Assembly (NCBI GenBank): GCA_002718655.1
Contig: PBFM01000016.1
Location: 6,013-62,435, forward strand
From: Fidelibacterota bacterium
GTDB taxonomy: Bacteria; Fidelibacterota; Marinisomatia; Marinisomatales; UBA1611
Direction: 5' to 3'
DNA: 56,423 nucleotides
The notes beneath the pieces were generated by a model that saw nothing but the letters and a program-made list of their open reading frames with translations, searched no databases and was not told where the DNA came from. Positions 1 to 9,727 of this stretch are shown here, one piece after another. Position numbers and translations under genes: made by a program. Within the stretch, counting starts at the first letter, position 1; each line of letters starts with the position of its first letter.

Positions 1-104
1 ACAACAAAAAAGATAACAAGTTTTGGAGGTTTAGGAGCAGATAAAGTACAGCTAACATTAATGAATATTGCTGATAGAAATATAACAAGGAATAGTTTTT
101 TCAT
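1..104 (-). CDS. N-terminus (partial, runs off window) of a probable alkaline phosphatase-superfamily lipoprotein (PafA-like)
   Basis: Not in the ORF track. Manual translation from ATG at 104 (ATGA overlap with the tyrS stop) gives MKKLFLVIFLSAIFINVSCTLSAPKPPKLVIFFVV. This is a signal peptide with a lipobox-like Cys followed by PKLVIFFVV, resembling the PKLVVxIVVDQ start of PafA/NPP-type phosphatases. Confidence 0.6.
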   Translation of the reverse strand, partial: MKKLFLVIFLSAIFINVSCTLSAPKPPKLVIFFV

Positions 105-1309
105 CTGGTCACCTTCAGAAAACGTCTTTTACCAATTTTTAATATTTGATCATCTCCTGGCAATATAGTAGCTTGTAGGTCTTCAACCTTATGATCATCC
201 AATCTTACAGCACCCTGTCTAATCATTCTTCTGGCTTCTCCTTTACTTTTTAAAATACCTGACTCAAAAATTATATGAACTATCAATTCTTCTTTTTCGA
301 TACAAAAAACAGGAATCTCCTCGGGTACACCTTTGCGAACTACGACCTGATTAAAATATTTTTCTGCCTTTTCTGCTAATTTATCATTATGATATATGGA
401 TACTAATTTTCTACCAAGCTCCCGCTTTATATCCATTGGATTAATTTTTTCATCATTTAGCTTTCTTTTAATTGATTTACAATGTGAATAGTCAGCGTCA
501 GCAGCTAAAATAAACCATCTTAAAATCATTTTATCTGAAATGGATAACACCTTGCCGTACATATCCTCAGGAGTATCCGTGATTCCTATGTGGTTTCCCA
601 AAGATTTAGACATTTTTTCTACACCGTCTGTCCCTTCAAGAAGCGGAGTGGTAATTATGCACTGAGGCTCTTGGCCAATGTCTTTTTGTAAATCTCTTCC
701 AACTAAAAGATTGAATTTTTGATCCGTTCCACCAAGCTCAACATCGGCGTTTAATTCTACTGAATCCTGAGCCTGAGCCAAAGGATAAAGAAATTCATGA
801 ATGGATATGGGTATTTCGGATTTAAAGCGCTTTGTAAAATCATCTCTCTCAAGCATCCTAGCAACTGTATATGAGCTAGCTAATTTTACAACATCATTGA
901 AATTCATTTTATTTAGCCAATTTGAATTATATTTAACTATAAGTCTTTTTATATTAAGTATAGCTTTAGCCTGCTCAACATAACTTTTGGCATTGTCTTG
1001 AGCTTCTTGAAGAGTTAACTGTGGCCTTGTTTTGTTTTTTCCAGATGGGTCGCCTATCATTGCAGTAAAGTCACCAATCACCAGTACTGCAGTATGACCA
1101 AGATCTTGAAAATGCCTCAATTTTCTTAGCACAACACTATGCCCAAGATGAAGATCTGGTCTGCTTGGATCACAACCAAGTTTTACAATCAATGGCCTAT
1201 TTTGAGATATAGATCTTTCCAGCTTCGCTATAAGTTGATCTTCAGGAAGAATTTCTTCTACACCCCTTTTTATCAAATCCATTTGTTCATTAACTGGTAA
1301 ATATTTCAT
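101..1309 (-). CDS. tyrS: Tyrosine--tRNA ligase
   Basis: Class I motifs HLGH and KMSKS, GGTDQKFN, YPLAQAQD, and a C-terminal S4-like domain (SKGEARRMIRQGAV...KIGKRRF). Confidence 0.98.
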   Translation of the reverse strand: MKYLPVNEQMDLIKRGVEEILPEDQLIAKLERSISQNRPLIVKLGCDPSRPDLHLGHSVVLRKLRHFQDLGHTAVLVIGDFTAMIGDPSGKNKTRPQLTLQEAQDNAKSYVEQAKAILNIKRLIVKYNSNWLNKMNFNDVVKLASSYTVARMLERDDFTKRFKSEIPISIHEFLYPLAQAQDSVELNADVELGGTDQKFNLLVGRDLQKDIGQEPQCIITTPLLEGTDGVEKMSKSLGNHIGITDTPEDMYGKVLSISDKMILRWFILAADADYSHCKSIKRKLNDEKINPMDIKRELGRKLVSIYHNDKLAEKAEKYFNQVVVRKGVPEEIPVFCIEKEELIVHIIFESGILKSKGEARRMIRQGAVRLDDHKVEDLQATILPGDDQILKIGKRRFLKVTR

Positions 1310-1755
1310 TTATCTTTCATTGCTCTTTGGATGTCTCTTTCAGCATCTCTTTTCTTTTTAGCTGATCTCTTATCATATAATTTTTTTCCTTTTGCAAGAC
1401 CAAATTCTAATTTTATTAGACCGCCTTTAAAATATAGTTTAATTGGAACAGCGGTTAATCCTTTTTCTGCTAATTTTGAATCAATTTTTTGAATCTCTCT
1501 CTTGTGTAGTAGTAATTTCCTATTTCTAACTGGATCATGCCCTATGAAACCAGTATGACTATAAGACGCAATATGTGAACCTTTGAGCCATGCTTCACCC
1601 TTACGGATTAGTACGTATGCTTGTTTTAAACTTGCCTTACCTTCCCTTATGCTTTTTACTTCACTTCCCTTAAGCTTAATCCCAGCTTCAAATTCTTCAA
1701 GAATATGATATTCGTGGAATGCTTTTCGATTAGTTGCAACGACGATGTTTTCCAT
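1306..1755 (-). CDS. smpB: SsrA (tmRNA)-binding protein
   Basis: NRKAFHEY, EAGIKLKGSEVKSIR, RKLLLHKREI, AKGKKLYDKR motifs. Confidence 0.98.
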   Translation of the reverse strand: MENIVVATNRKAFHEYHILEEFEAGIKLKGSEVKSIREGKASLKQAYVLIRKGEAWLKGSHIASYSHTGFIGHDPVRNRKLLLHKREIQKIDSKLAEKGLTAVPIKLYFKGGLIKLEFGLAKGKKLYDKRSAKKKRDAERDIQRAMKDK

Positions 1756-1891
1756 ATAATTAATGTAACTAAAAATACAAGTATGAAAGTTCTGTTAACA
1801 AGTTTAATAATGTATTCCATTTTATTCCCAATAGTATACTTTTTATGATGTATGATACCTACAATTGTTCTATTAAATTTTATTATGTTTT

Positions 1892-1975
1892 GCCCGGGTG
1901 GCAGAATTGGTAGACTCGAGCTACTGAGGTCCGTGTGTTTCAGATGACGTGTTGATTCGATTCCAGTCTTGGGCA
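1892..1975 (+). pseudogene. Degenerate tRNA-Leu(GAG)-like element (probable tRNA pseudogene)
   Basis: Acceptor stem GCCCGGG/CTTGGGC plus discriminator A, Leu-type D-loop GAATTGGTAGA, anticodon loop CTGAGGT (GAG at 1926-1928), long variable arm and T-loop TTCGATT are present. The D stem (GCA/CTC), anticodon stem (AGCTA/CCGTG) and the T-stem closing pair (A.C) are mispaired. No CCA is encoded. Confidence 0.75.
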
Positions 1976-2004
1976 CTTTAATATTCATAAATGTAAGTCA
2001 TAAA

Positions 2005-3099
2005 ATGAAAATTTTACTTATTGAACCTTACTATTCTGGCTCCCATAAGCAATGGGTTGATGGATATTCAAAACATAGTCTCCATGATATAAAGGTTATT
2101 AAAATGAAAGGCCAATTCTGGAAATGGAGGATGCATGGAGGAGCGATAACAGTCGCAAATACCTTTAATAAAATGGACTACAAACCAGATTTGATTCTCA
2201 CATCATCAATGCTAGACTTAACTACTTTTCTATCATTAACAAGAAAAAAGTCTAACGGTATTAAAACTGCAATATATTTCCATGAGAATCAATTAACCTA
2301 TCCATGGTCCCCCTTAGATAGAGATCTTTTAAAAAAAAGAAATTCTCATTATGGATTTATAAATTTTTCATCTGCTCTAGCAGCTGATAAAATATTCTTT
2401 AATTCAAAATTTCATATGAATTCTTTCTTAAAGGCATTAAACCCCTTTTTAAAGCAATTTCCAGATAACAATGAAATAGAATCTATAGAATCAATCAAAG
2501 ATAAATCAGAACTCCTATACCTAGGATTAGATCTTAAACAATTGAAACAGCCTAAGTTTGAAAAACAAAGTTTACCATTATTACTTTGGAATCATAGATG
2601 GGAATATGATAAAAACCCAGAATTGTTTTTTAAGATAATTGGAAAAATAAAAAACCATGGACATCGTTTTAATTTAGCTGTAATTGGAGAGAACTTTAGT
2701 CAAAAGCCTGAGATTTTTGAAAAAGCTAAAAAGACTTTTAATAATGAGATTGTTCAATGGGGATTTCTTGATTCTCTAGATGATTATGCGAAATGGCTAT
2801 GGAAAGCAGATATTTTACCAGTTACATCTAACCAAGAATTTTTTGGTGCTAGTGTCATTGAGGCTATTTACTGCAATACATGGCCAATTTTACCTAATCG
2901 ATTAACATACCCTGAGCTTATTAGCGAAGACTTCCATAATAACATACTATACAATAATGATATTGAACTGTTTAACAAATTGATTTGGGCAATGCAAAAT
3001 AAGAAAAATATTAAGAAATCAAAATTATTTGATTTGGTATCTAGATTTGATTGGGCAGAAATGTCTCAACTTTATGATAGAGTTTTTGAAAATGTATAA
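2005..3099 (+). CDS. DUF3524 / GT-B glycosyltransferase, homolog of GTDC1 (QTMAN, queuosine-tRNA mannosyltransferase)
   Basis: MKILLIEPYYSGSHKQW, WKWRMHG, YFHENQLTYP, FNSKFH, WNHRWEYDKNPE and EFFG..VIEA motifs as in the GTDC1 family. Start moved to ATG 2005 because the ORF-track start lies inside the tRNA-like element. Confidence 0.85.
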   Translation: MKILLIEPYYSGSHKQWVDGYSKHSLHDIKVIKMKGQFWKWRMHGGAITVANTFNKMDYKPDLILTSSMLDLTTFLSLTRKKSNGIKTAIYFHENQLTYPWSPLDRDLLKKRNSHYGFINFSSALAADKIFFNSKFHMNSFLKALNPFLKQFPDNNEIESIESIKDKSELLYLGLDLKQLKQPKFEKQSLPLLLWNHRWEYDKNPELFFKIIGKIKNHGHRFNLAVIGENFSQKPEIFEKAKKTFNNEIVQWGFLDSLDDYAKWLWKADILPVTSNQEFFGASVIEAIYCNTWPILPNRLTYPELISEDFHNNILYNNDIELFNKLIWAMQNKKNIKKSKLFDLVSRFDWAEMSQLYDRVFENV

Positions 3100-3210
3100 C
3101 TAAGATATTTATATCGTTAACTCTTCAACAACTTATTTCATTAAAAAAAAAATTTCATCACAGTCATATGAACCAGCAGAAATAATGTTCTAACCTTGAG
3201 ATAGTATATT

Positions 3211-4989
3211 TCATTTTACTAATATCATTTTTCTTTTTAATAAATACCCATCGAATTTTAATACTGAAAAATATAATCCACTTGTAACCTCATAGCCCAT
3301 ATTGTTCTTCCCATTCCATTTTATCGAGTGATTTCCCTTTGGCCTTATCTCATTAATTAATTGCACTATAACCTTTCCTGAAATATCAATTATGGACACA
3401 TCAACCATTGATTTAAATGGAAGATAAAAAGATATGGAGGATTGTGAATTAAACGGATTGGGATAATTTGGATACAATGATAAGTCCTTTATAAAATGAT
3501 TTTCTTTAGCAACACCAATATTATCATCAATTGAGATATCAAATACTATTGGTAAGTGGTCTGATGCTATGTGAGTATCATACCGTTGAAATCCAAAATA
3601 TTCTAAAGTAGCATCATTCAATTCTAACGTATTTAAAATGTAATAATTACCAGGATTGATAGTGAAGTTAGAATAGAATACATAGTCTAGTTTTCCCGGG
3701 TTGAATGATGAACCATCATTCCTCCATGTATAACCCATACGTTTATGACTATGAAGAGGAAACAACTCTCTAATTGGAGTTGAGTCCCAATCTGGAAAAT
3801 AATCATTACCGAACTCTTCTTGATCCTCAATATCCCCGTCTCTGATAGTTCTTATTTGCTGGCTATATCCAACAAAATTAAAGTCTCCAATGTGAATGAA
3901 AGGAGTCTGTTCCTCTATTTCAAATGGCCCAGAACCTTCTTGCATCCAATCTCTCCAAACTCCAGAAAACTCATCTACTTGTTGCTGCCTGCTTTCATCA
4001 TTATCACAACAAGATAAATGAGAATTAAAAATTAATAAGTTGTGGCCTAACTCATTTACTGTATTTAATAATGCTGCCATAGTTCTTCCAGAGCTTATAA
4101 TATTCGCATCATTTAATATTGGGAATCTGGATAATATAACAAGATCATTATATGTCCAACTTGCATACCATTCTTCATCAGGAAACCAAGACTGAATTAT
4201 TCCATCTATTTGATCCCATTCTCCATGCTCTTGAAGCCCAATAACATCAGGGTTTAGCCCTTGAATGATTCGCTTAAAACGAATTTGTCGCTCGCTATCA
4301 AGGATACCTTCATTCCATGTGTTGTATGAAATTATTCGAATATCTGATTCACTTTCTCTTTCTAAAGAAATTGATGGTGAATCATCAACAAAATTATGAT
4401 CTACCATAAAAGTCACTCCACCAGATTCATTTGGAACAAAATCACCATCATCAGCCATTTCAGATAAGATTAACCTAGCTTGGCTTAAAATTTGACTCCC
4501 GTTTAATGTAAGTGGTGAAGAGTTTAGCGATATTGCAATCTCAAATTCCATGGATGTCACGGTCGGCGCAATTCTGAGTGTGAGATCATTTTGATAAATA
4601 TCATATTCTTGCCCATCTACATGTCCGTATCCCCAACGGTCACCAAACGCCCACACAAGCTCTGCGCCAATACCATTAACAAATTGGCCAGTCGTTGAAT
4701 TATTATCGCTATCAATGTATAAATGAAAATCATTCCAATTCTGCATCAAGAATTCATCATTAAAAAAATTGAAGTAAATGAATAAAAATTGAGAATCATT
4801 CGTAATCTTAAATATTGAATAATCAGCACCAATGTGATCCCCTTCTGCATCATTATAAGCTATGGGAACTTCAATCCAATCATCAAACTGACCATCAATA
4901 TTTATAGGATTACCACAGATTAAAATGGAAATCAAAAAAAAGGGGCTGATAATTAGTTGTTTCAACCCCTTTTGTATTATGCTGTGCAA
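3211..4989 (-). CDS. Secreted endonuclease/exonuclease/phosphatase (EEP) family protein with C-terminal sorting (T9SS-A/FlgD-Ig-like) domain
   Basis: EEP motifs ISYN, GLQE, NSHL, GDFN, LDYVFYS, SDHLP. Hydrophobic N-terminus. C-terminal NYPNPFN...WNGKN...SGLYF...KMILVK. Confidence 0.85.
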   Translation of the reverse strand: MHSIIQKGLKQLIISPFFLISILICGNPINIDGQFDDWIEVPIAYNDAEGDHIGADYSIFKITNDSQFLFIYFNFFNDEFLMQNWNDFHLYIDSDNNSTTGQFVNGIGAELVWAFGDRWGYGHVDGQEYDIYQNDLTLRIAPTVTSMEFEIAISLNSSPLTLNGSQILSQARLILSEMADDGDFVPNESGGVTFMVDHNFVDDSPSISLERESESDIRIISYNTWNEGILDSERQIRFKRIIQGLNPDVIGLQEHGEWDQIDGIIQSWFPDEEWYASWTYNDLVILSRFPILNDANIISSGRTMAALLNTVNELGHNLLIFNSHLSCCDNDESRQQQVDEFSGVWRDWMQEGSGPFEIEEQTPFIHIGDFNFVGYSQQIRTIRDGDIEDQEEFGNDYFPDWDSTPIRELFPLHSHKRMGYTWRNDGSSFNPGKLDYVFYSNFTINPGNYYILNTLELNDATLEYFGFQRYDTHIASDHLPIVFDISIDDNIGVAKENHFIKDLSLYPNYPNPFNSQSSISFYLPFKSMVDVSIIDISGKVIVQLINEIRPKGNHSIKWNGKNNMGYEVTSGLYFSVLKFDGYLLKRKMILVK

Positions 4990-4995
4990 AATATT

Positions 4996-6453
4996 TTACA
5001 CATCAAACATATCCAAAACAAGCCTAATACCCCAACCAGTAGCGCTTCCTTTTGGATTCATACTGTTTGCTTTACCACCCCAGGCAGTTCCTGCAATGTC
5101 AAAATGAACCCATGGTATGTTTTCACCAACAAATTCTTTCAAAAATGCGCCTCCTGCTATTGTACCAGCTTGCCTCGCCGCACCAATATTTTTTACATCT
5201 GCGATTTCTGATTGAACCTGTTTACAAAATTCTGGCCAAAGCGGGAACTCCCATACTTTTTCATTTACATTTTTAGATGATTTTTTCACCATTTCAATTA
5301 GTTCCTCATTTGTGCCCATAATACCAGTTGCTATGTGTCCCAATGCAATCAATACTGCACCAGTCAGGGTAGCAAAATCAAGTATGTATTCTGGATCATA
5401 ATGTTTACTTGCATATGATAGTCCATCAGCTAATATCAGTCTTCCCTCTGCATCTGTATTTAGTACTTCAATTGTTTTTCCATTATATGCCTTTAATATA
5501 TCACCTGGCTTGTAAGCTTTCCCACCAAGGAGATTTTCAGTCGATGGTACTATGCAAACTGCATTAATCTTTGGCTTTAAGCTAGCGATTGCTTTAAAAA
5601 TACCTAAGACTGTTGCAGCACCGCACATATCGAACTTCATTTCGTCCATGGAAGCTGCTGGCTTTATTGATATGCCTCCAGCATCGAAAGTAAGGCCTTT
5701 CCCCACTAGTATTTTTGGTTTAGCCTCACCACCATTCATATATTCTAGTACAATGAATTTAGGCGGTTCATCTGAACCTTGAGCTACGCCTGCTAATCCA
5801 CCCATCCCCATCGAAGTGAACTCTTCCCTATCAAACACGCTTAGCTTCATTTCTCCTTCTTCGGCAATCTCTCTTGCGGCTTCGGCTAGCCGTGTAGGCG
5901 TGGTTTTATTTCCAGGATGATTGGCAAGATCTCTTGCGAAACAAATCGCAGTTCCAATTGAAACACCTGTTGAAATAATAGATTCGTTACCCCCCATTAC
6001 AATTGCTGATTTTAGAGAAAAATTATCTTTGTCTTTTGTTTTATAATCCAAAAACTGATAACTACCAAGAATGATGCCTTCACCCATCGCTTGGCAATTA
6101 GATTTTTCATCTGAAAAACATTCCAAAGCAAATCTATTAACTTTTTTTCTGATTGCCGTGCGAGATATCGTTGCTGCAATCATGCGAGTTTCATTGCTAT
6201 CAAATTTTTCTTTCTTACCAAGTCCTACTAACAATACACGTTTTCCTGATACATAAAAAGTATGAACGTTACCGGCCTCCCCTTTAACATCTCCAATACC
6301 AACAGCTTTTGAAAAGATTCCATCATTATTTGAATCTATTTTTTTTGCTAATGGTGTAAAACTTTTATCCTTAAAAATACCTACAGCAAATAAATCGGCA
6401 TTTATATCGAGCCAATCATTATCTGAGCAAGATACCTCTGAAATATAAGACAT
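4996..6453 (-). CDS. pepA: Leucyl aminopeptidase (M17)
   Basis: VGKGLTFDAGG, MKFDMCGAA, NTDAEGRLILAD, ATLTGA, WVHFDIAG. Confidence 0.96.
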   Translation of the reverse strand: MSYISEVSCSDNDWLDINADLFAVGIFKDKSFTPLAKKIDSNNDGIFSKAVGIGDVKGEAGNVHTFYVSGKRVLLVGLGKKEKFDSNETRMIAATISRTAIRKKVNRFALECFSDEKSNCQAMGEGIILGSYQFLDYKTKDKDNFSLKSAIVMGGNESIISTGVSIGTAICFARDLANHPGNKTTPTRLAEAAREIAEEGEMKLSVFDREEFTSMGMGGLAGVAQGSDEPPKFIVLEYMNGGEAKPKILVGKGLTFDAGGISIKPAASMDEMKFDMCGAATVLGIFKAIASLKPKINAVCIVPSTENLLGGKAYKPGDILKAYNGKTIEVLNTDAEGRLILADGLSYASKHYDPEYILDFATLTGAVLIALGHIATGIMGTNEELIEMVKKSSKNVNEKVWEFPLWPEFCKQVQSEIADVKNIGAARQAGTIAGGAFLKEFVGENIPWVHFDIAGTAWGGKANSMNPKGSATGWGIRLVLDMFDV

Positions 6454-6577
6454 AACTTTCCTTTAATTTTTTTTTTGATTTTGACAATCATAAATTAATA
6501 TTTACTTATAAATCTATCCATAAACATAATCTACATTTTAAAGAAAATTAGTTTGATATAATTTTCATATCGCACAT

Positions 6578-9500
6578 ATGAGCATTATTAACATAAAGTC
6601 TAAAGAAAAAAAACCTGCAGCATTATTACTAGTCATGTTCTTTGCCATTGTTTCAATGAGCATAACAGGATCATCAGTCCGTGATACAGCATTCCTTTTA
6701 GAGTATGATAGAACGTTACTTCCAATTATGTATGTTATCATTGCTTTGGTTATGGCGGCAATAATTCCTATTTATAAAAAACTTGTAAAAGGGAAGGACC
6801 ATATTTCAGTAATCAAATTGAGTGGTATATGGTTTGCAATCACAATTACGCTAATAAAACCAAACATGATAGGCTTGCTAATACCAGTATTTTATGTGTG
6901 GATAGAAATTATAACGATTATTTCTATTTTACAGTTTTGGGTATTAGCAGGAGAAATTTTTAACGCTAGGCAAGCTAAAAGACTTTTCCCTATCATCACA
7001 GCGGGTGGTTCATTTTCCGGTATGGGGATAGGTTATATTATAAAACCAATTGCCAAAAATCATGGATATGAAAATCTTTTGATATTAACATTATTTTTCA
7101 TCTTAATTACCATAGCAATCGCTCATATATTGGTATCATATGTCAGAAAAGAAAAATTTTCAGATAGTAATGATAATAGTGGAAGTAAATCCGCAAAAGT
7201 AGACACTTACATAAAATTTATTGCGGGAATGGTTGGCATTTCTGCTTTCATTTCCAAAGTAGTTGATTATCAATTTAAAATAATGGCAGTAAATACATAT
7301 CCTGAACAAGATGCTCTTGTGAGTTTTTTTGGAACGTATTACATGCTTACCGGATTGGCTACATTAATCATGCAGTTTTTTGTTTCTGGAACAATCCTCG
7401 GCAGATTTGGAATTTTAGTCGCTTCACTAGTTTTGCCTATTTCATTGGCATTTGGGTCAATCGGGTTTTTTCTGCTAGGTACCATAACAACTGTTTTTAC
7501 AGCAAAATTCTCAGACCAGGTATTCAAATTCTCCATTAATAATTCTGTTCAGGAAATATTATGGTTACCTGTTGCAAGACAGATGAAACGTCAATCAAAA
7601 CCAATCATCGATGGTACAATACGTTCTGGGATGGAGGGTCTTGCAGGAGTTTTAATCTTTTTGCTAATTAGCACCAGTATAATATCTGAGTCGCAAATAT
7701 ATTCACTAAGCCTCGTCATTATTTTTGCAATTTTCTTATGGATATGGAACAATATGAAATTAAAAGAGGGTTATGTTAAGACACTAATGTCCTCAATTGA
7801 AAACAGGCAATTAAACTTCGATAATGTAAGATTTGATATTAATGATACTGACATAATCAAGACACTAGATAATGCTCTGAAAGATGATGATGAATTGAAA
7901 CAGCTTTTTGCCTTAGACTTACTTAGAAAATTGCCTCTCACTCCATGGAAAAGAACACTTGAAACCCTATTTATTGAAGGAAAAAAATCAGTGAAACTTG
8001 GGGTCATAAAACTTACTTGGAACAAAAAAGATATCATAACAAATGATTTAATCATACAGCAAATCAATGCGGATTCAAAAGTATCTCCAACATTGATTTC
8101 CTGTGCTGCTGATAGGAACATCAATGGAATAAAGAGTATCTTAGTTAATTATCTTAAAAGTTCAAATGTTGATTTAAAATTATCTGCGGCAATTTCACTA
8201 TTTAAAATCGACAGCTCTACTTCGTTAGCAAAAAGTATCATTCATTCAGTATTTGAAAGTGGTAATAAGGAAAATATAACGAAGATGCTAGGCTTTATGC
8301 GAGGTTCAAGTGTCCATTTGTCTGACACAAGAATATTGATGTTATTTAAGTTTTCATCTAATGATATAAAAAATGCCACCTTGAAACTTGTAAAAGAAAA
8401 AAATGGTATAGATCTAATTAATCCTATTATTGACTTATTAATGAATCCAAAAACATTTGAAAATGCAACCATTGCATTAAATCAACTTGATTTAAATGTT
8501 GTATCATCTAAAATAAGGGAGAAAATCAAAGATCCAAAATGTAAAACAGATTTAAAAGTGGGAATATTAAAGTCAACTCACCAATTAAATGATAAAAAAA
8601 ACATAGATCTTTATCTGTTGATGTTAAAAGACCCAGAGTTAATTGTTTTAGATGCTGCCAGTAATGCTTTATTAAAAAAATCAAAAACAATCGCCCTTAA
8701 AACTTTTGAGTTAAAGAAGATTCATAACATAGTTAGTGAAATTGCAGAAAGAGCATATCAACTTTTTCTTTTTAAAGAAAATCTTAATGATAAACAAGGT
8801 ACAAAACTTTTGGTGGATCATATAGAAAGTGATTTAAATATACTCATACCAATTATTTTAAAATTAGGTACCTTAGAAAACCCTGAAATCCCGATTGAAA
8901 CCTATATTCGTTTTCTTCAAAGTAAGGACCCATATTTTATGCCCATGGTGCTTGAATTAGTTGAAACTACATTTTCAAAAAACATAAAAAAAATCACCCT
9001 CCCATTAATTGATCAAGAATTGGACAAAATTAAATTTGGCAAAGAATTTTTCCCAGAAATGTTTAAAACTAAGGATGAAATGCTATTATTTTGGTCAGGC
9101 AGTAAAAATTATTGGAAAACTGGAATAGCAATACACTTCCTCATAAAGGAAAATAAAATTAACATTCTTGATAAAATTAATTGGAAAAACATTCCAAAAT
9201 CAATTTTTGCAAGCAATTTATTTAATTTCGATGAACAACAATATTTGAAACAGTACACAACCAAAAGTAAATTGCTTGAGAAAGAAAACTCAAATATGTA
9301 TTCAATACTCGAAAAAACCCTGATACTCAAATCTGTTGACATGTTCAACTTGATTCCAGGTGATATCCTTAACAAAGTTGCTCAAATTTCAAAAGAATTG
9401 GAATATCAAAAAGGAAGTAAGATATTTAAACAAGGAGATAATGGAGACTCAATGTTTGTCATTATTTCGGGTGGTATTGAAATAAGTCAAAACAGAAAAA

Positions 9501-9727
9501 CAATCACAACCCTTAAAAGTGGTCAATGTATTGGAGAGATGGCACTCTTAGACCAGGAACCGCGATCCGCAGATGCAATTACAATTGAGGATACAATTTT
9601 GTTGGAAATTGATCAAGAAAGTTTTTACGAATTGATGTCCACCAACCAAGAAATCACGAAACAAATAATAAAAATACTAACCAAAAGGTTAAGGGAAACG
9701 AATCAAAAGTTGACTACTTCTTTGTAA
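6578..9727 (+). CDS. NTT/TLC-family nucleotide transporter fused to HEAT-like repeats and a C-terminal cyclic-nucleotide-binding domain
   Basis: About 12 hydrophobic segments in the first ~400 aa with QFW...[18 protein letters not shown] and KPIIDG (NTT-like). A long helical repeat region follows. The C-terminus has [14 protein letters not shown]...[15 protein letters not shown] (cNMP-binding). Confidence 0.88.
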   Translation: MSIINIKSKEKKPAALLLVMFFAIVSMSITGSSVRDTAFLLEYDRTLLPIMYVIIALVMAAIIPIYKKLVKGKDHISVIKLSGIWFAITITLIKPNMIGLLIPVFYVWIEIITIISILQFWVLAGEIFNARQAKRLFPIITAGGSFSGMGIGYIIKPIAKNHGYENLLILTLFFILITIAIAHILVSYVRKEKFSDSNDNSGSKSAKVDTYIKFIAGMVGISAFISKVVDYQFKIMAVNTYPEQDALVSFFGTYYMLTGLATLIMQFFVSGTILGRFGILVASLVLPISLAFGSIGFFLLGTITTVFTAKFSDQVFKFSINNSVQEILWLPVARQMKRQSKPIIDGTIRSGMEGLAGVLIFLLISTSIISESQIYSLSLVIIFAIFLWIWNNMKLKEGYVKTLMSSIENRQLNFDNVRFDINDTDIIKTLDNALKDDDELKQLFALDLLRKLPLTPWKRTLETLFIEGKKSVKLGVIKLTWNKKDIITNDLIIQQINADSKVSPTLISCAADRNINGIKSILVNYLKSSNVDLKLSAAISLFKIDSSTSLAKSIIHSVFESGNKENITKMLGFMRGSSVHLSDTRILMLFKFSSNDIKNATLKLVKEKNGIDLINPIIDLLMNPKTFENATIALNQLDLNVVSSKIREKIKDPKCKTDLKVGILKSTHQLNDKKNIDLYLLMLKDPELIVLDAASNALLKKSKTIALKTFELKKIHNIVSEIAERAYQLFLFKENLNDKQGTKLLVDHIESDLNILIPIILKLGTLENPEIPIETYIRFLQSKDPYFMPMVLELVETTFSKNIKKITLPLIDQELDKIKFGKEFFPEMFKTKDEMLLFWSGSKNYWKTGIAIHFLIKENKINILDKINWKNIPKSIFASNLFNFDEQQYLKQYTTKSKLLEKENSNMYSILEKTLILKSVDMFNLIPGDILNKVAQISKELEYQKGSKIFKQGDNGDSMFVIISGGIEISQNRKTITTLKSGQCIGEMALLDQEPRSADAITIEDTILLEIDQESFYELMSTNQEITKQIIKILTKRLRETNQKLTTSL

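Noticed and set aside
1656-1988. 110-aa minus-strand ORF
   Set aside because: Overlaps smpB out of frame and runs antisense through the tRNA-like element. No recognisable motif.
1892-5000. tRNA-anchored genomic island or prophage att site
   Set aside because: No integrase, and I found no duplicated tRNA 3' end elsewhere in the window.
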